A stretch of DNA of 61,966 nt, filler included, from Sphacelaria rigidula (taxonomy: Eukaryota), in assembly GCA_964200075.2 (NCBI GenBank). It is 8 parts of 8 records of this genome, joined end to end, with 100 filler letters (N's around TTAATTAATTAA, not from the genome) between each part and the next. Parts side by side here need not be neighbours in the genome. Positions count along the whole stretch, not along the records: positions 23,278 to 30,935 come from CAXNAA020013898.1; positions 31,036 to 38,693 come from CAXNAA020013899.1; 6 more parts are not named here. One strand, 5' to 3'. The position numbers and the translations under genes are program-made. The notes under the pieces are model-generated. The model worked only from the letters and a program-made list of their open reading frames with translations. It did not search any database and had not been told where the DNA came from. Below are positions 24,652 through 35,929 of the stretch, in pieces; the stretch's first letter is position 1, and each line of letters starts with the position of its first letter.

Positions 24652-27600
24652 TTAGCGGATCATTTTTCAATCGACGAAGTGCGGCGGTAAACAAAAATCC
24701 CCATCTGTGATTTCAACCATTTTCAAAGATAAACCACGATACTTGAAACCACGACCGAACAGTATCAGCTCAGAGTTTTCCTTTTCCGCCGCATATTTTC
24801 TATCCAAAAAAATGCGTAAAGACACGGCCTCAGATGACTTGCTACTGCTCTGTGCTTTTTCGAAGAATCAACCTGCGAGGAGTTTTCCGTGTTTTATGAG
24901 CTGTGGGCGACGGCTGTGCGCGAGGGGGGCCGTCCCCTGCTCTCTGGTGCGGAAATACGCGCGCCTGCACCAACACGAAACAAAGGTTGAGGAGGGCTTA
25001 CCCCCAAAAGTGGGCTACAGGCTACTACATACCCATGGTTGACAGATTTTCCAACTATCGCCAACTTGAACCTAGACACCCCAACTCAAGACATATCGAG
25101 AACCCTCGGGCAAGGGAGGTGCATAGAGTCATCTCAGCAAAAATGTGCAGTAGTAAGCGCGTGCTGCGCAAGCTAGGACCACACGGGCCTTTCAAGTCCC
25201 GTTTTTCGTTGTTCAGACTCGAATCATGTAATATTATCATGTGATATCAACCATGAGTGTGTAAGACCGTGTATTCACGAGTCTAGTAAATAAAATGAAG
25301 ACGTAAATAGGAACAATGCGTTCAAAAGCAGTACGTCGATAAGTCACGGCAACCGCAGACCCCGCCTACCGATCGATCAACATGCTGTTTTGGACGCTTG
25401 TTTATCTTCGTGATTTCTTGTTGATCTCGATAAAACACGGCGTTAACTCTACTGCTGCAAAAGTTGCGTATGAAATTTTCGTGTACATGTTCAGTATCTT
25501 GCCCTCCTCTGCGGGCTGTTTGATTTATGGGTATGGGTGTTATGCTCCTTGCACCCTGCGACCACGGGTTCGAGAGATCGAGCTAATGTGACGAACATAA
25601 TAATAATAACAACAATTGGGCGCCGCGGGACCTACGCTTAGAAATGTTTACGTGATGTCGCGAGTAGAGGGTACGATTGAGAGTGAACAGCGGTCAATTA
25701 GTGAATTAATCGTTTCAGTTCCGAAATGCCCTTCCACGAGGCTCGATATGCCTTCTGAAGTAGCCCACCACTAAAGCCCTTGATATCCCTGAGGAGGGTA
25801 TCGACGTGTAGCTGTAAGCGCTCGCCAGAGATACAGGCCCAGAAAAGCAAATACGGAGTGAAAATTTGGCCAAGATGAAGCGAACGAGCCACTCTCGAAC
25901 AGCGTTCTACTCCCAATCTCACGCAAATATTGTTGGTTACGGATTTGGGATTACATCCTATACCCAGATAGATGATTATCCACCTCCGCGATCAATGGGG
26001 GCAACAAGAACGCTTGTTTGTTTTGTCGGTACAAATAAGCGATATGGTCGAAGGTACCACCTGCTTTTACCGAGTTGAAGGCTTCGACAGCAATCGTCGC
26101 CTCGGAACAGGTTTACAGGCTGACAGTCCAGGGATATCCGGGGGGGTTTAGGGGGCGAGAGGGGAGGAGTACTCGATCTTTTTTCTTCAAGAGGGTGGGG
26201 GCCTGTTCGCACAACAGCCGAAACGCTAATCAAGTCAACCATGCGCATTTGGAAGCTTTCCACGGAAAATAGCGCCCAAGGAACGAGGCCCGAAAGAAGC
26301 GCAGTGAGGTGGTCTACTTCGCTGCCTAGCACCCGTTTTTATTTTTCATTTCATTATTTTGGTCGCGACAATTCAACCATGGATAACATGGGCACACCGA
26401 ACGTGCTTGTTGCTCTGCTCGTGGTGTTTGCCAACTTCACACTGCCTCCAGTGGGGGTGCAACACTAAGCATAGACACCAGCGAAATGCAGCAGACTGTG
26501 TTCAGTGGAGAGCGACGGCATGATGACTGTTTCTTGCCATTGTATCCAGTGAAGACGTGCACTACATGGCACACGTACTGACTCTGCACGCCGTAGACTG
26601 CAGGGTTGAAACCGCTCGGGGATTCAGCGGGACTGCTGCCTACATAGACGCCCAACATACACATGTTCACGAAAAAAGGCGTGCCATCTAAGGATTGAGC
26701 TAACCGCTCTGTACCTTCGGGGGAGGACAACAGAAGAAGAAAAATAGGAAACAAATGTGACTTCTCATGTTCCATTACCGCCTCTCAACCGCGAAAGAAA
26801 ACTCGCGCAAAAACACGGAGGATTCAGAAGAAATGTCAAAACGAATAACCACAAAAGCTCGAAATGTAACACAAAAAGTATAAAGAAAACAAAACTCGTA
26901 TAATATATATATATATATATATGTACGGTAGGGACTCGCCGTCCTTACATTGTTCCCCCTCACTCCGCCCCCGCCCCCGCCCCGTCATCATTATAGCTCT
27001 ATATTTCAATTTTGAGACACTTTTGAGAAACCGAAAACACACACAGTACTTCTACTACTACTAAAATGACTACTACGAAGTATACTATTCAATAATTCCA
27101 ACAACACAATCAGACTCGGGCTCACAGGCTCACAAGATAGGCACACCACATCTTGTAAACAGAAGACGATGGGGGGGCACACCAGTGTTCTCAAGGCAGA
27201 CAAAACCACGAAACGACAGCCACCGTGTTCTACGATCATGTGCCCCTGTCCTGCCATCGGCTCTTGAATGGAAATCAGCAGCTGAACTTGCGGTACACGC
27301 AGGCTCTCCTTCACTCCCTTTCTCGCCCCGCCCCCAAAAGCGAACTACATGTGCAGGGCACGTGCGTCAAGTTCCCCGGGTCCAAAAATCCGCCCCCCCG
27401 AGACAACATCCACGAGAGGTCATTCCTGACAACCAAGAGCTTACCAGCTGTTTGGTCTCCGACCAGAGATTCACTTGTTATAGGAGTACAGTATCAATCC
27501 GTGTCTGCTCCACACAAATCCACGACCTCGGACTCCACACACGTGGAACCGACATAGCGTCTGCGGTATATACGTATTGCCAGTCTTGAGAGCATGGGAG

Positions 27601-29918
27601 CATAATGTTAATTGTTGATTGTTACATGGCGTCCACGAGTTTTCTTGACGACTGAATAAAGAAAAATAAAGATAGAAGAGAAAAGAGAAAAATAACCAAG
27701 AAAAAAAAACAAGAACACGACAAAAGGAGGGCTAGAAAACTAGCGTTAACCCTATGGTCGCCAGGGTAGGTCATCCGGGCGACGTGGCAATTTTTCAAGT
27801 GGAAATGATCTCGCTTCGCAGATTACCTACACAAACGGTCGAGAGGGTATATGACAGTAATGAAATGAAATGAGAGGTCGAAGAAGGCCAATTTTTTGGC
27901 GTAATCATCGACCAACATATCCCACTTCCCGTTGTATTTGCTTGCGCACAAAAACTGCCGTTACATTTGTTTTCGAAAAGTACCCGAAATATAATAAAAA
28001 CACAAACCACGAGCAAAACAATCGAGAGACAGAGACAGAGAGACAAAAAGACGGAGACAGGAAGAGGAAGAAAAAGCACTACGGTTGGTCAGTACGTTGA
28101 AAGTGTTCTGCGATCAACTTCGAGTGACTAATATCGTCTACGCATACAGTAAAGCAATGCCTACACGAGCCACCTACGAGGAAACACCGTTCAACACGAC
28201 GACGCGAGCAGCTGGCACATCGACGGTGACATTATTCAAACAGCGACAAGGAAGTTTGTTCGTGTTCGGGTTTTCACATGTCTCTGCCATGCCTAACCGT
28301 TTCTCCGAAGCATCGATTAATGACCCTCCCTCTCCCCTTTCCGACAGCATAAACGACATGAAATCGGGGGGGGGGGGATCGACACCACAGACTTCACTTC
28401 TCGGTATGTGCCTCCATATGCCGAATAACATGCAGTCATACTGTAGCAAAACATGAAAACAAGTGCCCATGAAAACGTACAGAGGGGAGACCGCCGAAAA
28501 CACAACACAGTACAGCACACGACACTACACCACCCGTAACAGTCACCCTGACTCACGGGTCGCCCACCTTACCCTACCCCACCTCAATCCAACCATGAAA
28601 AAACACACGACGATCCATCACTGCTCAAACGCGCTTACAACTCACGTCACGTCACGTCACGTCACGTCACATCACATCACGCCACTCAAAAACACACACT
28701 TCCACATACATGCACCTGCAAAATGCACGTGCACATGCACATACGACGTACGACACAAAATGCACAAAAGAAAGAAGAACCGACTTTTTTTTTTCTTCCT
28801 TGGCGTGATTTTGTCAGGTATCACATATATATATTTATATATATGCTCCATCCGTCGAAGGCTTTTGGATAATGATTCACGTACATGTGGGCGGATTTAC
28901 GCCCATTTGGCGCAACAGATATTCCGTTTTCGCCAAACCACAACACTAACCTTAACCCGAGGCGGTCCGAGAACGTCCGGGCAAGGGCGGTGGCATGGCG
29001 ACTTACGTCACATGTGCCTGCCATGTTTTGGTTCAGATAGGCGCCTCTGACGCGCCGACTTGACTGAAAGCGCCAAAACCTATACTGCGCATACACACAG
29101 TTTCGAAAACGATGGTTCACTCTAAAACCAAGTATATATTAACCAATCGCTTAGTGGCGCCGAACTGGCGCAAGCTCTACCGTCCTCATGGACGTGTATA
29201 TATATGTATGCATATATGTAACATCGATCAGCGCTTTCAGAAAAAAAAACATGCACACAAAAGATATAAGATTGAAAGATATCGCGACAGAAAAATTTAT
29301 GTATGAAAGATAAAAAGAAAGAGGGGAAAAAAAAAAACAAGGAAAAAGAAAAAAAGGGAAGAAAAAGAAAGAAAGAAAGGAGGAAATAGAAGGCACACGA
29401 CATCATGACGAGAAATGTCCATGTCACTTTCGAGCCTAGCATTCGACGGACAAGACAAGGGTCAACAGACAAACATACACACACACATACAAGATACCGC
29501 AACACACGACGAACAACGCGATGGAGCACAGATGATATTGCCACAACCCCCCAGGGCAGCAGGCAGGGTTGATAGAGTACGTAAAAATGTAGCCATTTTC
29601 CAACTCAGGAACACAGGGGGCATCTGTTTCTCTTCTGCCCACTGAATCCCCATCTCAGGAACTAGTTCCGACACATAGATCACAACACAACCCACGGTTT
29701 GCGACATGAGAACGGGAGGAGGGGGGGGGGGAAGGCGAGGCGGATATTTCGACACCGACATTTGGATCGATAACTCTCATGAGACACACAGACAAGACGG
29801 AGTGCCGTTGAAAACAAGCCATCGATAATACAAGATGACATCAAATTGTCCTCTCGTTGATGTTTCCTCAGATTTTCTCTCGCTTTCCCTTGTACCTCTA
29901 TCGACAATACCGGGACCG

Positions 29919-29963
29919 TCACGGAACACCCTCCATCTTTTTCAATTCATGGGTCAAGACAGG
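29919..29963 (-). CDS. Candidate terminal exon following the 30411-30680 exon
   Basis: tagccag| then PVLTHELKKMEGVP-TGA in phase 0; followed by long low-complexity sequence resembling a 3' UTR. Confidence 0.35.
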   Translation of the reverse strand, partial: PVLTHELKKMEGVP

Positions 29964-30410
29964 CTGGCTAGCTAGCTAGCTGGGTGGCTTCGTATCTTTA
30001 ATCCTTTTCGGCCAAGCGCCTGCGCAGGAGACGACGGATGACACAACCAAGCTCTCACTCCGTTACATGCAAAACAAAACAATCAAACTGCTGCCATAGG
30101 CGAAAAAAAAAATGGAAACAGAAAACTGATACATGAATAGAAAACTCTTGCAACACACACACGCACAGACACACACAGGCCCACAGATCACACGCAAAAA
30201 AGCTCGCAACCATATATACCACTGCATAGCATGGCATACATGGCACACCACGGAGCTCACGAGAATATGCGCACGGGCACATGCACGCCGGTACGAACAC
30301 GCTGAGGAGCACAGTCGGGGGTGCATGCAGTTTCTGCTGCTTTTCTGCTCGTTCTTGTTTTTTTTTCTTTTTCAGACGCGGGATGATGCAGTCTTCGCGG
30401 CATGACGCAC

Positions 30411-30680
30411 CTCAGCCAAGGACCCATCCACGAGCTCTGGAGGTTCTCCGATTGCGTCCGCGTCGTCATGTTCCTCGCCTGCTCGGCCATCAACGGTCAG
30501 GGGGCCGTTGTTATTGTTGTTGTGGCTGCTGCTGCGACCGGAGGCACCCTTGCCGCTCGTGTCCACATTTTCGCCCCCAGGAACTGCTCTAGTGTTGTTG
30601 CTTTTGTTGCTCGTTTCCTGCTCTTGTCCGACCGGTTTCTTGGCCCCGCCGCCATTTTGGCCGGGAGGCAAATCCACCAC
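30411..30680 (-). CDS. Candidate internal exon, low-complexity or disordered protein segment
   Basis: ttcacacacag| acceptor, GAG|gtgcgt donor, 270 nt phase 0-0; VVDLPPGQNGGGAKKPVGQEQETSNK...GEPPELVDGSLAE. Confidence 0.6.
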
Positions 30681-30935
30681 CTGTGTGTGAAATTAATTTG
30701 AATAAGGTATTGGCAATGCGTTAAACGAGAGGCGGATGGTTCTTTTTCCTTCTCCGTTATTTCTTTCTCTTTCTCCATTATATTCAGCGTCATGTTCCGC
30801 GATTGCTTTCGCCGGGTTTGCTTCTTCTCCATATCTTTTTTTCCTGGGGGTGAGCTTTCATTTTGAGCATTTCTCACTTTTCCGATTTTTCTTCTTCGTT
30901 TTTCCACTCCTTTGCCCCCCCCCCCCCCCCCCCCC

Positions 30936-31035
30936 NNNNNNNNNNNNNNNNNNNNNNNNNNNNNNNNNNNNNNNNNNNNTTAATTAATTAANNNNNNNNN
31001 NNNNNNNNNNNNNNNNNNNNNNNNNNNNNNNNNNN
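30936..31035. other. Artificial contig linker
   Basis: N44-TTAATTAATTAA-N44. Confidence 0.99.
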
Positions 31036-31830
31036 CAGTTACAGCTCCAGCTTCAATGTTTCGTGCACGATCGACAGCTTCTTGCAATGTAACTGGCGGC
31101 TTTTCGGAAGTAGACGTGTGACGTACGTCGGGTTTCAAACCGTCAGACCACATACATACTGTGAACGCAGTCCACGGGTCATTCGTACCAGGGGCACGTT
31201 TGACTGCAGACTCGAAACGACGCAATATCTGACGGTATCGCGTTGCGTACGGCTGGACGGCCTCAGTGGATTGTTGCGAAAAGTGTGCAATCTGACGGGC
31301 GTGTTCTTGCACTCCATTTGCTGGCAACAAAAGGTCAAGAAACGCAGATGACAGCGTTTCCCAATCTTTGGGAGGGGTGAACGACCCCTTGTCTCTCACA
31401 ACATCAGGAGAGACCTTGTCAGATTCCCAGTCGATCTGACCGTCCATCAATTGATTATAGACTACCAGGGCAGACCCATCTAGGATCATGCTCAGGTGTT
31501 CGTAAGCGAGGACATCGACGTATTGGGAATCTTCGGGGCGGACAGACTTCGCCTTGAATTTGACTTTCAGGCGATAACTCAAGAGTATCTCAGGTAAATC
31601 AGTGAGTGACGTGGAATCGTCAACACGTGGGCAATGCTTGAGGTCGGCGGGAGTGATATGACATGACTTCCGCGTAGACTCACCCATAACAGAGGACAAT
31701 CTGTCAGCCAACGCGTCAACGGAACCTGACTCTTGACTTACGTGAGGGACGGCGGGACGAAGACCTACCAGTTGATCCCGGAGTCGAATGATGTCCGCCG
31801 GGGGCTCCGAGATCTCGCCTCGATTGCAGC
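31036..31830 (-). mobile_element. gag: Ty3/gypsy-type gag ORF fragment (open frame, cut by contig end)
   Basis: WETLSSAFLDLL...FSQQSTEAVQPYATRY (major-homology-region-like Q-x3-E-x-V-x2-Y)...WSDGLKPDVR...PVTLQEAVDRARNIE; frame stays open upstream to ~31840. Confidence 0.75.
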
Positions 31831-32727
31831 GGGACGTTTTTTTATGACGGGCATGGGAGATGTATCGTTAGTGCTGGGAATGGACGCTGTTCGTGACCGT
31901 AATAGCAAGATAGCCAACACCAGCCACACAAATTACATCAAGTCTCACCAGGAACGATACAAGATAGCGGACTGCAATCCGGCGTGCACTCCTGGGGCGG
32001 GACAAGAACTGTCACTGGACCAGCCGAGGGATAGAATACCAAGCGAGGAGGAAAAACAGCGCATCCAGGCCATCACAGGCAGTGTGATGTAAATCGCTCG
32101 AGTGACCCGCTACGACATTGGATACGGCATGAATCAACTGGCGCGGGCGATGTCCAAACCATCGAAGGCGCATGTGGCAGCTGCAAAACACTTACTTCGA
32201 TATCTGGCCGGCGTTACGGACAATGACATCACCTACAACCAGGGTGATTTCCAATTGGCGGCTTTTTCAGAGGCGAACTGCGGCAACAACTCCGACAACG
32301 GAAAATCAACATCATCATATATTCTCTTTCGCTCGAATGGCCTCATCAGTGTTGAGGTAAGACTACAAGGATTGACGGCGCAATCGACCATGGAAGCAGG
32401 ACTCGTGGCCGCTGCACTCACCATGAAGGAGGCCATATTTGCTCGAACATGATGCTGGAGATGGGATTTGGCTCACGCTGCTACTCCGTCCCCGTCTACA
32501 CCGACAACAACACTTCAACTCTCCACGTCGCAGGCAACCGAACCTACAGCTCGAAAGTCAAGCACGTAGCCCTACGGTACTTCTTTCTTCAGCAATTAGT
32601 CAAGGAGGGAAGGATCGACATCCGTTACGTTGAGACTGAAGACCAACTCGCCGACATAGTAATCAAGTACCTCGGCAGGCACAGGCACTGCCATCTCGTC
32701 AAGCTGATCAAGACGTTCAAAATCTGA
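31831..32727 (+). mobile_element. pol: Degenerate Ty1/copia pol: RT C-terminus plus RNase H (internal stop and frameshift)
   Basis: MGDVSLVLGM, TRYDIGYGMNQLAR, KHLLRYLAG, FSEANCG (YxDADW-like), AQSTMEAGLVA, TDN, KHVALRYFFL, ETEDQLADI motifs; TAA at 32090-32092; frameshift near 32445. Confidence 0.92.
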
Positions 32728-32869
32728 GTTCCGTCTGGCTGTGGGACCTTTTATTATTTCGTCCTTGAGTGCCGGGACAATTGTATTGAGTTGGGTGGTT
32801 AGAACTAGTATGTATTTGCATTAAGGGGGAGCGTGAGGGAGTAAGACTTGTACTTGCGTTGAGGGGGAG

Positions 32870-33192
32870 TGTTAGAAAATGAGACTGTGGGGCTTACTCT
32901 CGTCAACGCTTCGTATGGTTTTGTACTTGTATGGGGGCATTGTGTGGATCGCCGGTACTGCTCACAATAGTTTGATCTGATATGGAGCGTAGCAGTAGTC
33001 GGGTTGCTCCCACTCTCCTCGGTTGACCGTTCGACACGGTGGGTTGTTTGGACTGTCTTGCCCGCAAGCGGCATCTTGAACGCTGTCTTCTGTCTACACT
33101 CCAAAGCAGCTTGTCTGCTTGCTTGGCTTAAGTGCCATTGCGCCAACTCCAGCGATCACGTCAAAGAGGTCCTAGCGACACCTCTTCTAACA
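32870..33192 (+). mobile_element. 3' LTR of the copia element
   Basis: Polypurine tract GAGGGGGAG (32861-32869) directly before TGTTAGA; ends TCTAACA (inverted termini, TG...CA). Confidence 0.85.
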
Positions 33193-33194
33193 GA

Positions 33195-33593
33195 TTAGAT
33201 GTCACAGATACTACTGAGCTAAACAGTCAGCGCTGACTGTTTAGCCAGCGCTGACTGTTTAGCTCAATGATATATGTGACATCTAATAAAAGCTAAACCC
33301 GGGGTTCAAACCCCAGCGCGTCGGGATTTCCTTCTTTTCAGAGGCAAGTCGATTACCCTGGAAAGAAGAAGCACATATAAACTGCTTGTACCATGGTGTA
33401 TCGGGCAAGCGGCGCTGCCGCCAGCGTTGGGCAGCGCGGCGATTATTACAGGGGAGGCAACCCTGGGGTGTAAGAGGGTTCAATGGCTTAACAGCCTGGA
33501 GGATCCCGGAAATAGCTTTTATTAGATGTCACAGATACCACTGAGCTAAACAGTCAGCGCTGACTGTTTAGCTCAGTGGTATCTGTGACATCT
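33195..33593. repeat. Double-palindrome repeat: two ~80-95-bp hairpins centred on CAGCGCTG flanking a ~220-bp core
   Basis: AGATGTCACAGATAC.ACTGAGCTAAACAGTCAGCGCTGACTGTTTAGCTCA.TG.TAT.TGTGACATCT at ~33197-33285 and ~33524-33593. Confidence 0.85.
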
Positions 33594-33598
33594 GACAG

Positions 33599-33810
33599 CC
33601 TCATCCCTATCGACCTCCCTAAACCTATTTCGGGGATTTCTAGCCTTCCGTTCCCCCGAAGGAGATGTGCGAAAGCACGACTTTTGGGCCAAAAAACGTC
33701 CTTTTTCACCCCGAAATCGAGGCAACAGTGTGTTTTCGCACATATCCTCTGGGGAAACGGAAAGCTAGAAATCCCCCGAAACAGGTTTAAGGAGATCGGG
33801 AGGGATGAGG
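33599..33810. mobile_element. MITE with ~80-bp imperfect TIRs
   Basis: CCTCATCCCT...GGGGATTTCTAGCCTTCCGTTCCCC...ATGTGCGAAA / TTTCGCACAT...GGGGAAACGGAAAGCTAGAAATCCCC...AGGGATGAGG. Confidence 0.8.
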
Positions 33811-33919
33811 TCGTCCATATGCAAGTCACTTGTCATGAATTTAGGTCAGGGAAAGCACGGATTTCGAGTTGAACCTCAGTTTGTGTCCAACTCCATTTCG
33901 ATAATCCACTGTGAGAAGA

Positions 33920-34465
33920 TAACCCTACTTTTTCTTCAACCTACTATGATACAGCCCAGACATAGACATGAAGTAGATAAGCTAACCATCCTTTTGTTCA
34001 CCTACCAAAACACAGCCGGGACATAGACATGAAATGTACAAGCCGACCCTCGTTTTTCTTTAACCTACCATTACACATCCCGGACACAGACCTGAAATAG
34101 AGAAATAAACCCTCCTTTTTCTTTAACCTACCATAATACAGCACGGATAGAGACCTGAAATAAAGAAACAAACCCTTCTTTTTCTTTAATCTACCATACC
34201 ACAGCCCAGACATAGATATGGAATGACGAAGCTAACCATCCTTTTTCTTTCATCTACCATAACCCAGCCCGGACATAGACATGAAATGGAGAAGCTAACG
34301 ATCCTCTTTCTTCAACCTACCATAACACATCCCGGGCATAGACATGGAACGACGAAGCTAACCCTCCTTTTCCTATAAACTACCACGACATAGCCCATAT
34401 ATAGACATGAAATAGAGAAGCCATTTTCTTAAACCTACCATAGCACAGCCCGCACATAAACGTGG
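33920..34465. repeat. Minisatellite, ~62-63-bp unit, about 9 diverged copies
   Basis: Unit approximately AACCCTCCTTTTTCTTTAACCTACCATAACACAGCCCGGACATAGACATGAAATAGAGAAGCT. Confidence 0.9.
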
Positions 34466-34545
34466 AATGGCGAAAACAGTAGATCTACTTTCCCATGTCA
34501 AGTCGGAAAACAACCGAGATCCCCCCCCACCCATACTTCCTCTGT

Positions 34546-35708
34546 CTCTCCTGTCAACAAATGCGCGGTACTCGTCTGTAACGAAGATAAGAAAAATCCG
34601 GTAGATTTCAAGTGGAAGTGGGGAGAAGAGGAATTGCCGATGGTAGACCAGTATACATACCTTGGCGTAGAGATATCAAGAAACTGCTCTTGGCATGCAC
34701 ACATAGACAACGTCATAGAAAAGGGTAAGGCACAGATAGGCAGGTTGGACGTGATCCTCAGAGACCCGCACCTAGACACTAGGATTAAGAGATGTATCTT
34801 GATGAACGTGATCGTACCAAAGCTGGAATACGCAGGAGAAGTACGGGAGGGGAACGTGAAGTTGGTGGAGAGGTTGGAAACAGGACAGCTGGCAGCAGCC
34901 AAGAAGATACTTGGATGCTCGAAAACGACGAGTAACACAGTTTTGAGAGCAGAGTTGGGAATGTACTCACTAAAAACAAACAGAGACATGAGGAAATTGC
35001 GATGGTAGAATAGCGTAAAGAACACGCAGAGAAAGAGATGGCAAGCTTTAGTTGATAGGGCTGTATGGAGGAAAAATACGAAAGGGCAGGCTGGAGTAAG
35101 GTGAGATAAAGAAGCAGAGAAAGTGTGGAAGGAGATAGGGAAAAACCACGAAGTACTGTCCATCGGTGAAGACGCGAGATACAAGGCAAAAGTAAGAGAC
35201 ATGATAATATAAGTAAGGGGAAAAGGAGCGCTCAGACGCAAGGCAGAGGAAGAACACCTGGGATCGGAATGAAAGCATATTTGCATGGCCCAATGGACGC
35301 TGCGAAAAATATGAAATTGCGATTTCGGATGGGGGACCTGGGCCTGCCAGAAAGAAGAAAGAGATAAACCAGCAGCCGGAAGAAGGAGGAAGTAGATGGA
35401 CAGGACTGCCTATGTGACAAGGGAATAGAGAGCAGAAGTAATATAGTGACAGAATGTGAGCTATACAAGGAGGAACGGGACGTGCTAGAGGGAGAAATGC
35501 GGGACGTGAACGAAGNNNNNNNNNNATAAGATATGTAAAACGTTTTTGTTTAATGTATGGAAGAAACGTCATGAGTTACAGAAGGAAAGTAATGATCGCC
35601 GGAATGTTGAAGGTGTCTCTATTCGGAGTAGGAACGGTGCTCCGTCTCGAAAGGAGTGCATGGTCAATGGTCAAACGACGAAGTCAAGCAATGAATGAGT
35701 ACGCCCCT
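34546..35708 (+). mobile_element. 5'-truncated, degenerate non-LTR retrotransposon (LINE): RT thumb region to 3' end
   Basis: KCAVLV...VDQYTYLGVEIS...PKLEYAGEV...LRAELG; degenerate C-terminal knuckle CLCDKGIESRSNIVTEC; internal stops; perfect 15-bp TSD CCATACTTCCTCTGT (34531-34545 / 35709-35723); 10-N gap at 35516-35525. Confidence 0.92.
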
Positions 35709-35929
35709 CCATACTTCCTCTGTACCATAAGTCTGTGTCATTTTGGGCGTGAAATCGTTTGAGTATACCAGTATTGACGACGATCATAAACTTGGGCTCA
35801 CCAGAAAGGTGAAGCGCCGACAAAGATGATGAAAACAAACTTGAAACAAAATAACCTGTTCAATACTAAAGTCAGTTCAAAATATGCAAGTTAAAAAATA
35901 GATTTCAACCCGAAAAACGCTCAAGATTC

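Noticed and set aside
33920..34465. CRISPR-like 62-bp periodicity
   Set aside because: The whole unit is repeated with scattered divergence, which makes it a minisatellite rather than a repeat-spacer array.
34498..35286. 262-aa minus-strand ORF
   Set aside because: It is the antisense shadow of the purine-rich LINE RT region.
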